From positions 28,517 through 92,516 of the forward strand of contig DFUR01000106.1 of assembly GCA_002380425.1 (NCBI GenBank): a stretch of 64,000 nt of DNA. The letters run 5' to 3'. The translations under genes and the position numbers were made by a program. Each line of letters starts with the position of its first letter. The stretch's first letter is position 1. Shown here one piece after another: positions 20,974-31,096 of this stretch. The notes beneath the pieces are model-generated. The model was not told the DNA's origin and ran no database searches. It saw only the letters and a program-made list of their open reading frames with translations. The DNA comes from Bacteroidales bacterium UBA4181 (GTDB lineage Bacteria > Bacteroidota > Bacteroidia > Bacteroidales > UBA4181).

Positions 20974-22179
20974 TCAGGCATCCAGAATTCGTTCAATAGC
21001 CGCCTGCATCCCTGCCAACTCAGCCATACCCTTCATCCGGCCAATCAGCGGATACCCGGGATTGGCCATACGATGCATATCATCGAGCAATTTCACTCCA
21101 TGATCGGGACGAAAGGGCATCCGGGTGTCTTTACGGCCTTCGGCCCGGCGTCGCCGCTGTTCCTCCAGCAGAATCTTCACCAGAGGGAACATATCAATAC
21201 TCCCTTCCAAATGCCCTGATTCATAGAAGCCGTCCTCTGTGAACTGGTTATTCCTTAAATGGGCAAAATGAATCCGGGCAGAGAGACGCCTGGCAATCTC
21301 TGCCAGGTCATTGTCTCTGCGAACAGAAAGCGATCCGGTACAGAAGGATATCCCGTTGGAAACAGAATCGTACTGGTTGCAAATCCACTCCAAATCCTCC
21401 AGAGTGCTTACTATGCGGGGCAATCCAAGCACCGGGAAGGGCGGGTCATCGGGATGAATACACAGGCGTACTCCGGATTCTTCAGCCACAGGAACCACCG
21501 AATGAAGAAAATGCGCTAAATGTGCCCTCAGGCGAGGGGCGTCTATGCCCTGATAACGGGCAATCAAATCCAGAAACAGATGCTTGTACTCTGGCCTGGA
21601 CCCGTCCACCGCACCGTCAATAAACCCTTGGGTAACCACGATGATGTTGTGAGCAAGGGCCTCTGCTGCGGCCGCATCCATAGAAGCAAAAACAGCTTCC
21701 GCACGCTTTACCACAGTTTCAGGGTAGTCCCCGGCAGCTCCAGGACGCTGAAGCACAAAAACATCAAAGGCAACAAAAGTGGGAAAATCAAAGTACATCA
21801 CCTCTCCTCCTCCGGGCAACAGGTAATGGAGGTCTGTCCGGACCCAGTCCAGCACAGGCATAAAATTATAGCAAACGGTGTCGATGCCGCAAGCCCCCAG
21901 GTTTCTCAAGGATGACTGGTAGTTCTGCAACAAACGGGGACAGTCTGCGGACTGAATTTTGATTCCTTCGGATACCGGAAGGCTCTCCACCACAGACCAT
22001 CGCATGCCATGCGCTTCTATCTGATGTTTTACCTTCAGGATTTCTTCCACAGGCCAGACCTCACCGTTGGGAATATGGTGCAAGGCTGTTACCACACCTT
22101 CGACTCCGATCTGTGCCAGGTCGGACAGCCGAACCGAGTCCCCAGAACCGAACCAACGCCATGTTTTTTCAAGTGCCAT
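20974..22179 (-). CDS. uxuA: Mannonate dehydratase
   Basis: TWRWFG, VVESLPV, CYNFMPVLDW.RT, IHPDDPP, RPDHG and PGYPLIGR motifs. Confidence 0.97.
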   Translation of the reverse strand: MALEKTWRWFGSGDSVRLSDLAQIGVEGVVTALHHIPNGEVWPVEEILKVKHQIEAHGMRWSVVESLPVSEGIKIQSADCPRLLQNYQSSLRNLGACGIDTVCYNFMPVLDWVRTDLHYLLPGGGEVMYFDFPTFVAFDVFVLQRPGAAGDYPETVVKRAEAVFASMDAAAAEALAHNIIVVTQGFIDGAVDGSRPEYKHLFLDLIARYQGIDAPRLRAHLAHFLHSVVPVAEESGVRLCIHPDDPPFPVLGLPRIVSTLEDLEWICNQYDSVSNGISFCTGSLSVRRDNDLAEIARRLSARIHFAHLRNNQFTEDGFYESGHLEGSIDMFPLVKILLEEQRRRRAEGRKDTRMPFRPDHGVKLLDDMHRMANPGYPLIGRMKGMAELAGMQAAIERILDA

Positions 22180-22190
22180 AAGCAGGAATA

Positions 22191-23012
22191 TCAGACTCCG
22201 GTGAAAGAACTAAACCCCCCGTCCACGGGAATGATGGCACCGGTAATGAAACTCGCTGCAGGAGAACACAGAAATTGCACCAGTCCGTTGAGTTCCGAAA
22301 TATCTCCGAAACGCTTCATGGGTGTCTTCGCCAACACCTTCATACTGCGCTCCGTCAGGGACCCGTCGGGGTTAATCAACACAGCCCGATTCTGATCGCC
22401 AATAAAAAATCCGGGAGCAATGGCATTTACCCGAATCTTGTCTCCAAACTTCTGGGCCAGTTCCATAGCCATCCACTGGGTGAAGATATTCACCCCTGTC
22501 TTGGCAACGGAATACCCGGGAACCCTGGTCATCCCGCCATAGGTAGCCATGGAAGAAATATTGATGACCGATCCGGAAGCCCTGTGTGCCATAGCTTCTC
22601 CAAAAACGAGCGATGGATATACGGTGCCGTTTAGGTTCAGCTGTGTTACTTTGTTGTAGTCGTCAATGTTCATCTCAAAGATGGTCTGGTCGTCCCTGAG
22701 GGTGGCACCAGGCATATTGCCGCCGGCTACATTGACCAAAACATCAATCTGTCCCCAGCGTTCCAGTATTTGTTGACGCACCTGTCGCAAGCTGTCCATA
22801 TCCAGCACGTTGCACTCCAGCCCCACGACATCGCCTTCGGAAGAGAGGGCTGCAACTCTCGCATCGAGCAGGTCCTTGCGGATATCCAGAATGACCACCC
22901 GGGCTCCGCAGCGCAGCAGATGGGCTGCGATGCTCCCGCCCAGAACTCCGGCTCCGCCAGTGACTATAGCCACCTGTCCTTTAATATCAAAAATGGCAGT
23001 TGAATTGTTCAT
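22191..23012 (-). CDS. uxuB: SDR family D-mannonate oxidoreductase
   Basis: TGGAGVLG, AGGN.PGAT, YSVAK, RVNAIAPGFF..DQN and PVDGGF motifs; adjacent to uxuA. Confidence 0.85.
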   Translation of the reverse strand: MNNSTAIFDIKGQVAIVTGGAGVLGGSIAAHLLRCGARVVILDIRKDLLDARVAALSSEGDVVGLECNVLDMDSLRQVRQQILERWGQIDVLVNVAGGNMPGATLRDDQTIFEMNIDDYNKVTQLNLNGTVYPSLVFGEAMAHRASGSVINISSMATYGGMTRVPGYSVAKTGVNIFTQWMAMELAQKFGDKIRVNAIAPGFFIGDQNRAVLINPDGSLTERSMKVLAKTPMKRFGDISELNGLVQFLCSPAASFITGAIIPVDGGFSSFTGV

Positions 23013-23072
23013 ATCTTTCCGTATTTGGGCATAAAGTTAGGCTTTCCCCTCACAAGTGAGACGCCCTTTTGC

Positions 23073-23080
23073 TATTTTTG
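23073..23080 (+). promoter_or_regulatory. -7 box TATTTTTG upstream of uvrA
   Basis: Exact TAnnTTTG match; implies the start is TTG 23095 rather than 23056. Confidence 0.55.
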
Positions 23081-23094
23081 TAAAAAATATCGAT

Positions 23095-25920
23095 TTGGAT
23101 ACCAACCCAGATATCATCATTCGCGGCGCCAGGGTCAACAACCTGAAAAACATCTCGCTGAATATCCCCCGCAACCGGTTTGTGGTGATTACCGGGCTGA
23201 GTGGTTCCGGAAAATCCTCGCTTGCTTTTGACACCCTCTACGCTGAAGGACAACGGCGTTATGTGGAGAGTCTTTCGTCCTACGCCCGACAGTTTCTCGG
23301 CCGGATTCAGAAACCCGAGGTAGATTTCATCCACGGAATCCCTCCTGCGATCGCCCTGGAGCAGAAGGTTAATACCAGAAACCCACGCTCCACAGTAGGC
23401 ACTTCTACAGAAATCTACGATTACCTGAAGCTCTTGTTTGCGCGCATTGGCACCACCTATGCTCCTTCGGGACAGGAGGTCAGGAAACACACTGTCACCG
23501 ATGTGGTCCGTTTTCTGTCATCGTTTCCCGAGGGCACCCCGGCCCTGATTATGTATCCTTTATTCGCTTCAAACAAAGCCCGGGCACAGGATATTCTCCC
23601 CACACTCATGCAACAGGGGTACACCCGAATGGAACGGGAAGGATCGGTGATGCGGATCGAAGATATCCTGGAACAGAGACTTTCCTGCACAGAGGGCCAT
23701 CAGCCCCGGGTGATTGTGGACAGGATTAAGACCAGTCCCGATTCCGAAGCAACAGCCCGTTGGGCAGATTCTGTTCAGACCGCCTTCAGCGAGAGCAACG
23801 GGTTCTGCGTCATCCGGATCACGGATGGGCCACAGGCCGGAGTTACTGAGTTCTCTGCCCGTTTCGAGTGCGACGGGATGTCTTTTGAAGAGCCCAGCGA
23901 ACACCTATTCAGTTTCAATAGTCCTTTCGGAGCTTGTCCCAGATGTGAGGGATACGGCAGGGTCATTGGCATTGACGAAGATTTGGTGATTCCGGACAAA
24001 AGCCTGTCGGTTTATCAGGACGCCGTGGCGTGCTGGAGGGGCGAGACCATGAGTGCGTGGAAGGAAAAACTTATCTACGCTGCTCCTCAATCGGGATTTC
24101 CCATTCACAAACCGGTTTATCAGCTGTCACCGGAGCACAAAGACATGCTCTGGAACGGCACCCGGCACTTTAAGGGTATCCACAGTTTTTTTGCCTATCT
24201 GGACGAACACCGGTACAAGATTCAATGCCGGGTCATGCTGGCCCGGTACAGCGGCAAAACGGTCTGTCCGGATTGCCACGGAGGCAGGCTCCGGGAGGAA
24301 GCCAGATATGTGAAAATCAACGGAAGGAACATTTGCGACCTGGTAGAGATGTCCGTGGCTTCCTTGCGCAAATGGTTTTCCACTCTTGACCTGGATGATA
24401 ACCGCCTGACCATCGGGAGCCGGATTCTTGGAGAAATTCGCAGCCGTCTGGGTTACATTGAGGATGTTGGGCTGGGATACCTTACCCTGAACCGTCTGTC
24501 TTCCACCCTCTCCGGTGGGGAAAGTCAGCGGGTCAACCTGGCCTCGTCACTGGGAAGCAGCCTGGTTGGCGCACTTTACATTCTGGACGAACCCAGCATT
24601 GGCCTCCATCCGGCAGACACCCACAAACTGATTGGCATTCTTAGGGACCTTCAGCAACTGGGAAACTCGGTAATCGTTGTAGAACACGATGAAGAAATCA
24701 TGAAGGCTGCGGACCACATCATTGACATCGGGCCGCAGGCGGGCCGCCTTGGCGGTGAGATTGTCTTTGAAGGTAGTTACGAAACGCTTATGGCTGGCTC
24801 TCCGGACCTGATGGAACATTCATCCGTCCCAAGCATCACGGTTCGCTACCTTCGGGGACTGGAGCAGATTGCGGTCCCTGCCCTGCGTCGGCCATGGAAC
24901 CAATACATCGAGGTTTCCGGAGCCGGAAGGAACAACCTCAGATACATTGACGTTCGTTTTCCCTTACATGTGCTCTGTGTGGTTACCGGAGTGAGTGGCT
25001 CGGGCAAATCCACCCTGGTCCGGGACATTCTCTATGAGTCCCTGTCCCGGAAAACCAACGGACACATGGAACGAGTGTGTGGATGCAATGCCATCACAGG
25101 AGACCTCCAGGACATCACATCCGTAGAGTTCATTGACCAGAACCCCATCGGAAAGTCTTCGCGGTCCAATCCGGTGACCTATTCCAAGGCTTACGACGAA
25201 ATCCGCAAACTTTTTGCGGAACAACCCGTTGCCCGTCACAACGACCTCACCCCGTCCCACTTCTCCTTCAACACCGAAGGCGGACGTTGCGATGTTTGCC
25301 AGGGAGAAGGCGAGATTACAGTAGAGATGCAGTTTATGGCTGATGTCAAACTGGTTTGCGAACACTGCAAGGGGATGAAGTTCAAGGACGAAATTCTTGA
25401 GGTCACCTACCGCAGTAGAAATATCTACGAGGTGCTGGAAATGACGGTCAGCGAGGCCATAGATTTCTTTGGACACAAAAAGACCGGGACAGAGAAGAAG
25501 ATCATTGACAGGTTGCAGCCACTCTCGGATGTGGGACTGGGATATGTAAAACTCGGGCAGTCTTCGAGCACGCTCAGCGGAGGCGAGAATCAGCGCATCA
25601 AACTGGCTTCCTTTTTAACCAGAGAGAGTGTTTCCAAGCCATCTTTGTTTATCTTTGATGAACCAACGACAGGACTGCATTTCCACGACATTCGGAAACT
25701 CCTGGATGCATTTCACTCCCTGATTGCACGGGGCCACAGTCTGGTCATTATTGAGCACAATATGGAAATTGTCAAAAGTGCAGACTGGGTGATTGATCTC
25801 GGACCTGGAGGTGGAGACGAGGGAGGTTGTGTGGTATGCGCCGGCACCCCTGAAGAGGTCGCCCGGTGTCCTGAATCAAGTACGGGGCATTTTCTGGCTC
25901 CCAAACTGACTGCTTTATGA
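23095..25920 (+). CDS. uvrA: Excinuclease ABC subunit A
   Basis: [30 protein letters not shown], two LSGGE signatures, CxxC zinc fingers, second Walker [10 protein letters not shown]. Confidence 0.97.
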   Translation: MDTNPDIIIRGARVNNLKNISLNIPRNRFVVITGLSGSGKSSLAFDTLYAEGQRRYVESLSSYARQFLGRIQKPEVDFIHGIPPAIALEQKVNTRNPRSTVGTSTEIYDYLKLLFARIGTTYAPSGQEVRKHTVTDVVRFLSSFPEGTPALIMYPLFASNKARAQDILPTLMQQGYTRMEREGSVMRIEDILEQRLSCTEGHQPRVIVDRIKTSPDSEATARWADSVQTAFSESNGFCVIRITDGPQAGVTEFSARFECDGMSFEEPSEHLFSFNSPFGACPRCEGYGRVIGIDEDLVIPDKSLSVYQDAVACWRGETMSAWKEKLIYAAPQSGFPIHKPVYQLSPEHKDMLWNGTRHFKGIHSFFAYLDEHRYKIQCRVMLARYSGKTVCPDCHGGRLREEARYVKINGRNICDLVEMSVASLRKWFSTLDLDDNRLTIGSRILGEIRSRLGYIEDVGLGYLTLNRLSSTLSGGESQRVNLASSLGSSLVGALYILDEPSIGLHPADTHKLIGILRDLQQLGNSVIVVEHDEEIMKAADHIIDIGPQAGRLGGEIVFEGSYETLMAGSPDLMEHSSVPSITVRYLRGLEQIAVPALRRPWNQYIEVSGAGRNNLRYIDVRFPLHVLCVVTGVSGSGKSTLVRDILYESLSRKTNGHMERVCGCNAITGDLQDITSVEFIDQNPIGKSSRSNPVTYSKAYDEIRKLFAEQPVARHNDLTPSHFSFNTEGGRCDVCQGEGEITVEMQFMADVKLVCEHCKGMKFKDEILEVTYRSRNIYEVLEMTVSEAIDFFGHKKTGTEKKIIDRLQPLSDVGLGYVKLGQSSSTLSGGENQRIKLASFLTRESVSKPSLFIFDEPTTGLHFHDIRKLLDAFHSLIARGHSLVIIEHNMEIVKSADWVIDLGPGGGDEGGCVVCAGTPEEVARCPESSTGHFLAPKLTAL

Positions 25921-28484
25921 AACAGACTCATTATATTCTGACCGCCATATTGCTCATTATATGCTCCTTTGGCAAAACGGAAGCGCAACAGCGCGTAACC
26001 CATGTCAAAGGGGTCGTTCAGGATGCCGCCAACGGGGAACCCGTTGCCTTTGCCTATGTGTATTTCCCTGGCAAGAACATCGCCGTGATGACCGACCTCA
26101 AGGGAAATTTTGAGTTAGAAAGCCGCTGGGCCGGTGATGTGCTGGTCATTTCCTCTCTGGGATATCATGCCGACACATTGAAAGTAATTGTTGGCACACG
26201 TCAGGAATTCCAGATAAAACTGGAGCCAAACCACACCGTTCTGGAGGCAGTAGAGGTAACCAGCCGTCAAAGGGAAACCTACCGGAACCGGGACAATCCG
26301 GCGGTGGAACTCATGCGCAATGTAATCCGGCATAAAAGTGACAACCGTCTGGAAAGCAAGGATTATTATCAATATGAGAAGTACGAAAAAACCGAATTCT
26401 CCCTGAACAACTTCACGGAGAAGATGTGGAACAGCAGGGCCCTCAGGGATTTCCAATTCCTGAAACGGTATATTGACACCTCCACGGTCAACGGAAAACC
26501 TTATTTGCCCATGTTTCTGAAAGAAACCTTGTCGGACCACTTCTTCCGCAAGTCCCCCAGGACATCCAGAACCATCGTCAAGGGATCCAAGATGGTGGGG
26601 ATAGATCAGTACTTCGACCAGTCGGGAATTGACCAGTACCTTACCCAACTCATCGGCAACATCAACATCTACGACAACGACATTGCCCTGCTGGACAACC
26701 GTTTTGTCAGCCCGCTCTCCATCATCGCACCCCAGTTTTACAAGTTTTTTATCCGCGACACCCTGGAAGTGAAGGGCACGCCCTGCATTCACCTGTCTTT
26801 CCTGCCCAGAAACCCGGAGGACCTGGGGTTCAGCGGTCACCTCTACATCACCAACGATTCTGCGTATGCAGTCAAAAAAATCGTGATGAATTTCGTAAAA
26901 AAAATCAATCTGAACTTCATCAACGATCTGGAGCTGGAACAAGAGTTTGATTTGTTTGAGGGTATGTGGGTATTATCGCTGGACCACCTCACCGTGGACT
27001 TCAACATTCTGGAGTCTGAGAAAGTGGCCGGAATATACGCCCGCAGACATGCCAGTTATGACAAATTTGCTTTCGACACCCCCCTGCCCGACTCTGCCTA
27101 CTCAGGAGTAGCGCAGTCCCTGCGGCTTTCCGATGCGGAAAAACACAGTGAAGCTTACTGGGATTCTGTCCGGCATGCCCCTCTGAGTACCAGCGAAGCA
27201 GGCATCTATACCATGATTGACACCCTCAAAAGAGTCCCTGCATTTAAAAGGGCTCTGGACGTTGTCATGACCCTCATCACCGGGTATGTTGAGTTCAAAA
27301 AGTTTGATTTCGGACCCGTGGATGCTATTTTCAGCCACAACGAGATCGAGGGATTCCGGTTCCGGCTGGGAGGCCGCACCAATTCAGGCTTTCACAAACA
27401 CCTCTTTTTGGAAACTTATGGTGCCTACGGCTTCTCTGACCAGAAGTTCAAATATATGGGTGAAATAACCTGGTCCTTCCCCGAAAGGGAATACCATGCT
27501 TGGGAATACCCCATTAACAGCCTGTCCGTGAGCTATGAGTACAATACCCAGATCCCGGGTCAAAGGCTGTTCTACGCCACCAGCGACAACATTCTGCTTT
27601 CCTTCCAGAGAGGCACCGTGGACAAGATGACCTACGACAGAACCCTGAACATGGAGTACCAAAAGGAATTCAAAGGAGGGCTTGGGGTGAAGTTATCCCT
27701 GAAAAATCTGGAGAGTAAAACAGCAGGGTCTTTGCTTTACGCAATCCAGCAACCCGATGAGTCCCTGTTGAAGATACCGGGCATCACAACCACCGAAGCC
27801 ACGCTGAGGCTGCGCTTTGCCCCCAACGAGAAGTTCTATCAAAACAAACGAAACCGCATCCCCATGAACAGCACCAGCCCGGTGATTATGGTGCAACACA
27901 CATTGGGGATTAAGGGCCTGATGGATGGTGCGTATCATTTTAACAAGACCGAGGCCTCCATTCAAAAACGATTCTGGATCTCGACTCTGGGATCACTGGA
28001 TGTATTGGGGAAATACGGAAAGGTATGGGGCGCCCTTCCCTACCCGCTACTCATTATCCATAATGCCAACCAAACCTATTCCTACCGCACGGAAGCCTAC
28101 AATATGATGAACTTTCTGGAGTTCATCAGCGATGAATTCATCTCCGTGGACCTGCACTACAATATGAATGGGTTCCTGCTGAACAAGATTCCCATCATCA
28201 AGAAACTCAAGTGGCGGGAGGTGATGACCTTTAAGTCCCTGTGGGGAAATCTGAGCGACCGGAATATGCCGCAGAACAATCCCGGGCTGTTTGTCTTCCC
28301 CACGGACAAAGACGGCAATCCTGCCGCCTTCTCTCTGGGAAGCAAACCCTATATGGAGGCCAGTATCGGAGTAACCAACATCCTGAAACTCTTCAGAATT
28401 GACCTGGTTCAAAGACTTTCTTACCGAGACAACCCAAACGTGAGCAACCTGGGAATCAGGGGGATGGTGTACTTTACTTTTTAG
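25917..28484 (+). CDS. DUF5686-type outer-membrane protein with N-terminal carboxypeptidase-regulatory-like domain
   Basis: Signal peptide, G.V.D...GEP..FA.V N-terminal domain, FVSPL, EGFRFRLG, terminal Phe; ATGA overlap with uvrA. Confidence 0.8.
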   Translation: MKQTHYILTAILLIICSFGKTEAQQRVTHVKGVVQDAANGEPVAFAYVYFPGKNIAVMTDLKGNFELESRWAGDVLVISSLGYHADTLKVIVGTRQEFQIKLEPNHTVLEAVEVTSRQRETYRNRDNPAVELMRNVIRHKSDNRLESKDYYQYEKYEKTEFSLNNFTEKMWNSRALRDFQFLKRYIDTSTVNGKPYLPMFLKETLSDHFFRKSPRTSRTIVKGSKMVGIDQYFDQSGIDQYLTQLIGNINIYDNDIALLDNRFVSPLSIIAPQFYKFFIRDTLEVKGTPCIHLSFLPRNPEDLGFSGHLYITNDSAYAVKKIVMNFVKKINLNFINDLELEQEFDLFEGMWVLSLDHLTVDFNILESEKVAGIYARRHASYDKFAFDTPLPDSAYSGVAQSLRLSDAEKHSEAYWDSVRHAPLSTSEAGIYTMIDTLKRVPAFKRALDVVMTLITGYVEFKKFDFGPVDAIFSHNEIEGFRFRLGGRTNSGFHKHLFLETYGAYGFSDQKFKYMGEITWSFPEREYHAWEYPINSLSVSYEYNTQIPGQRLFYATSDNILLSFQRGTVDKMTYDRTLNMEYQKEFKGGLGVKLSLKNLESKTAGSLLYAIQQPDESLLKIPGITTTEATLRLRFAPNEKFYQNKRNRIPMNSTSPVIMVQHTLGIKGLMDGAYHFNKTEASIQKRFWISTLGSLDVLGKYGKVWGALPYPLLIIHNANQTYSYRTEAYNMMNFLEFISDEFISVDLHYNMNGFLLNKIPIIKKLKWREVMTFKSLWGNLSDRNMPQNNPGLFVFPTDKDGNPAAFSLGSKPYMEASIGVTNILKLFRIDLVQRLSYRDNPNVSNLGIRGMVYFTF

Positions 28485-29328
28485 CAGATGCCTTCCGGCC
28501 CAGCAGCAGCCATGCAGCTCCGGCAAGCATCACAAGGGTACCAAGATATTTCTTCCACTCGAAACCCTTTTGATACACTCTGAAGAACACCTGGTCGGGT
28601 TGGTTGTGGTGAACGCCCTCCCAACCGGTCATCTCGATTTCCCAGTCTCCCGGAAGGGCGTGTTTGTTCCCTCTGGAGAGGATAAAGCTATCCAAACGCA
28701 ACAAGGGGATACTCTCCATGAACATGGTGTTGGGATCTATCTCATGAGGCATCCGGTCACGCATGATCAGCAAATCACTCCAGCAGGTGACGGCCGGTGA
28801 CTTTTGCAGGACAAGAACCAGACTGTCCTTAAGTGGCAGATTCATGGGAGGATCAGACAAAGAGCCTGTGTAAACCCAGCCCGAAGAGAAAGTGCCGTCC
28901 CGAGTGTCTTTTACGCGCAGAAAAGCAGCAGGAACTCCGTCTGCCACCTCACGTTGAACGATGTGATCCTGATACACAATGGCTGAGGTATAGACCGTGT
29001 CTACCACGATATCCCAGTGTAGCAAGGAATACTGTTTCCCCGATTCAATAGCTACCGGCTTCCTGGATCCCTGTGCCAGAGTCCAGTCTCCACGGTGAAA
29101 CACAGCCAAGGTGGGAGCATCGTAAACAATCTTGGACGTTTTCATGTGAATCACAAACGGAAACACGATGCTTTCTTCTGTCCCTTTGCCCTCTTGAATA
29201 ATCGCCTTGTTTTGCATGGCCACCACAGCTTCGGAGGAATGCTCCGGACGATACAAGGAAAAAACGAGCAACAGGCCACCGCCAATAATCAGCGTTCTTT
29301 GGGCAATAGCAATAATGATCTTGATCAT
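28474..29328 (-). CDS. Hypothetical membrane-anchored protein, remote resemblance to Bacteroidota ResB-like cytochrome c biogenesis proteins
   Basis: N- and C-terminal TM helices; SGWV..GS...P...L.L.D...LVL segment and YLG..MLAGA tail recalled from ResB-like proteins; ATGA overlap with the M16 gene. Confidence 0.45.
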   Translation of the reverse strand: MIKIIIAIAQRTLIIGGGLLLVFSLYRPEHSSEAVVAMQNKAIIQEGKGTEESIVFPFVIHMKTSKIVYDAPTLAVFHRGDWTLAQGSRKPVAIESGKQYSLLHWDIVVDTVYTSAIVYQDHIVQREVADGVPAAFLRVKDTRDGTFSSGWVYTGSLSDPPMNLPLKDSLVLVLQKSPAVTCWSDLLIMRDRMPHEIDPNTMFMESIPLLRLDSFILSRGNKHALPGDWEIEMTGWEGVHHNQPDQVFFRVYQKGFEWKKYLGTLVMLAGAAWLLLGRKASAKK

Positions 29329-30572
29329 AGCGCAATATGTTGTGACAAATAATATACTGTTGTAGCACGCTCCGGGGACAGTATTTTTCCCGCAACCCCA
29401 AGCAACTGTTCGGAGGACACCGCCCTGTACCTGTCCACCTGAAGATTCAGGTCAGCGGCAGACCCAAGCCACTCATAGTATGCCAGCTGCATGGCTTTTT
29501 GAAGAATACTGACCCGCTCAAACACCATCGTGGATTCATACTTATTCCGAAGTTTCTCCAACTCCCGGGCTTCAACGCGTTCTGAACACAATAGGGCCAA
29601 TTCTTTATCCAAAGCTTCTTCTGCTCTGGCCAATGGGATATTGTCAGCAACCGTGCCCGTAACCAGCAACAGCCCCGGGTCGGTATCGCCGGTGATGTAG
29701 GCATGGATATCCGAGAACAGGGCCTGTTCCTTGGTCAATCTTTGGTACAGCCTGGAAGATTTCCCGTGTGAGAGCACATCGGAGAGCATATCCGCAGCAT
29801 AATAATCCGAATGGAGCCGCGAAGGAGCATGAAAAGCCTTGTATATCCGGTGTGAGGGAACATCACGGCGCACCGTCAGGCACCGGGCTGCATTCTGAAG
29901 AGGCTCCTCAGGACACGGTTCTGCGGGTAGCCCCGAAGGCCGTGCGGGACCAAACCACTTTTCGCTCAAAGCAAAAACGTCTTGCGGATCCACATTCCCT
30001 GTTACCGATAAAACAGCGTGATCCGGAGCATAGTAGCGATCATAAAAGGCTCTGGTTTCCTCCATAGTCGCTTTCATAATATGGTCTTCAGAACGTCCGA
30101 TAACGGGCCAGCGATAGGGATGAATCTGATAAGCCAAAGGGCGGAGCAGCAAAAAGGCATCTCCGTAGGGTTGATTGAGGTAGCGCTGTCGAAATTCCTC
30201 CACCACCACCTGTCTTTGCACTTCCAGACTTTTGTGGTTGACATTCAGGGAAAACATCCGATCGGATTCCAGCCAAAACGCCGTTTCCAGATTCCCTGCC
30301 GGCAAGGTCATGTAGTAATTGGTGATATCGTTGGAGGTGAAAGCATTGCTTTCTCCGCCGGCAAGTTGCAACGGTTCATCAAACGAAGGAGCATGCTCAG
30401 AGCCTCCAAACATCAGATGTTCAAAAAGATGCGCAAACCCGGTATGATCGGGATGCTCGTTTCGGGAGCCCACGCCATAAAGCAGGTTGAAGGCAGCCAG
30501 GGGGGTAGAAGAATCCCGGTGCACAATCACCCTGAGCCCATTATGTAATGTGTGCTTTTCGAATCTTACCAT
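29325..30572 (-). CDS. M16 family (pitrilysin/insulinase-like) zinc peptidase
   Basis: GSRNE, GFAHLFEHLMF (HxxEH), NAFT..D.T.Y, LESDRM and SSRLY motifs. Confidence 0.93.
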   Translation of the reverse strand: MVRFEKHTLHNGLRVIVHRDSSTPLAAFNLLYGVGSRNEHPDHTGFAHLFEHLMFGGSEHAPSFDEPLQLAGGESNAFTSNDITNYYMTLPAGNLETAFWLESDRMFSLNVNHKSLEVQRQVVVEEFRQRYLNQPYGDAFLLLRPLAYQIHPYRWPVIGRSEDHIMKATMEETRAFYDRYYAPDHAVLSVTGNVDPQDVFALSEKWFGPARPSGLPAEPCPEEPLQNAARCLTVRRDVPSHRIYKAFHAPSRLHSDYYAADMLSDVLSHGKSSRLYQRLTKEQALFSDIHAYITGDTDPGLLLVTGTVADNIPLARAEEALDKELALLCSERVEARELEKLRNKYESTMVFERVSILQKAMQLAYYEWLGSAADLNLQVDRYRAVSSEQLLGVAGKILSPERATTVYYLSQHIAL

Positions 30573-30592
30573 ATATCCTCCGGAATTGCGAA

Positions 30593-30600
30593 CAAAAGTA
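30593..30600 (-). promoter_or_regulatory. -7 box TACTTTTG for the M16 peptidase gene
   Basis: CAAAAGTA on + strand, about 21 nt before ATG 30572. Confidence 0.6.
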
Positions 30601-30649
30601 AAAAAAATCAGGCAGTATCCATCTCTGTCTCGGGTTTCTCATTTTTTGG

Positions 30650-30657
30650 TACTTTTG
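30650..30657 (+). promoter_or_regulatory. -7 box TACTTTTG driving the bio leader and bio operon
   Basis: Exact TAnnTTTG match 16 nt before ATG 30674; no comparable box seen immediately before bioB. Confidence 0.65.
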
Positions 30658-30673
30658 CATTCAAATCAGAACG

Positions 30674-31096
30674 ATGACATCCTCCGCCCCTGTTTCACCC
30701 AGATCATCCTGCCGGTTCCGCAGATGGAGCCGGAAATCTTGGAGTGTCTTCCGTTCGCTTCATCTGGAAGTGACTATCGGTAATGTCACTGGCCGAATCG
30801 CCTCTTCGCTTACGATTAAAACCCGTCACCACCTGGTTCTGGCAACAGGCGTGTCCGACTGTATGCCGGGGGATGAGCCTGCCCCGGAGTCTTCCCGAAA
30901 CACCCCTTTGCCCAACACCTGGGGCACATCTCCCTGGAACATCACCCCCGTCCTCTGTTGCGCAGCCGTTACAGAGTATGTTTCTGACTATGAACGCATG
31001 GCTGGTGCCCCCAATGATGCTTCGCACCTAATGAACCCACCCATACTCCGCAGAGAAATTTGTTTTCCTCTGCGGTTTTTTATTGTCCGTATATGA
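30674..31096 (+). CDS. Putative leader ORF of the biotin operon (140 aa, RFRRWSRKSWSVFRSLHLEVTIG motif)
   Basis: Starts right after a promoter box, stays open through a terminator, and its TGA overlaps the bioB ATG (ATGA 31093-31096). Confidence 0.6.
   Translation: MTSSAPVSPRSSCRFRRWSRKSWSVFRSLHLEVTIGNVTGRIASSLTIKTRHHLVLATGVSDCMPGDEPAPESSRNTPLPNTWGTSPWNITPVLCCAAVTEYVSDYERMAGAPNDASHLMNPPILRREICFPLRFFIVRI
31048..31081 (+). terminator. Intrinsic terminator/attenuator immediately upstream of bioB
   Basis: Perfect 8-bp stem CCGCAGAG (31048-31055) / CTCTGCGG (31068-31075) followed by TTTTTT (31076-31081). Confidence 0.8.

Noticed and set aside
30713-30740. Twin-arginine (Tat) signal in the bio leader ORF (FRRW)
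   Set aside because: Lacks the S/T-RR-x-FLK context and a following hydrophobic h-region
30487-31031. Alternative ORFs in the bio leader region (30487-30783 +, 30783-31031 +, 30704-31027 -)
   Set aside because: None starts just after the promoter box or couples to bioB; the first overlaps the M16 gene antisense
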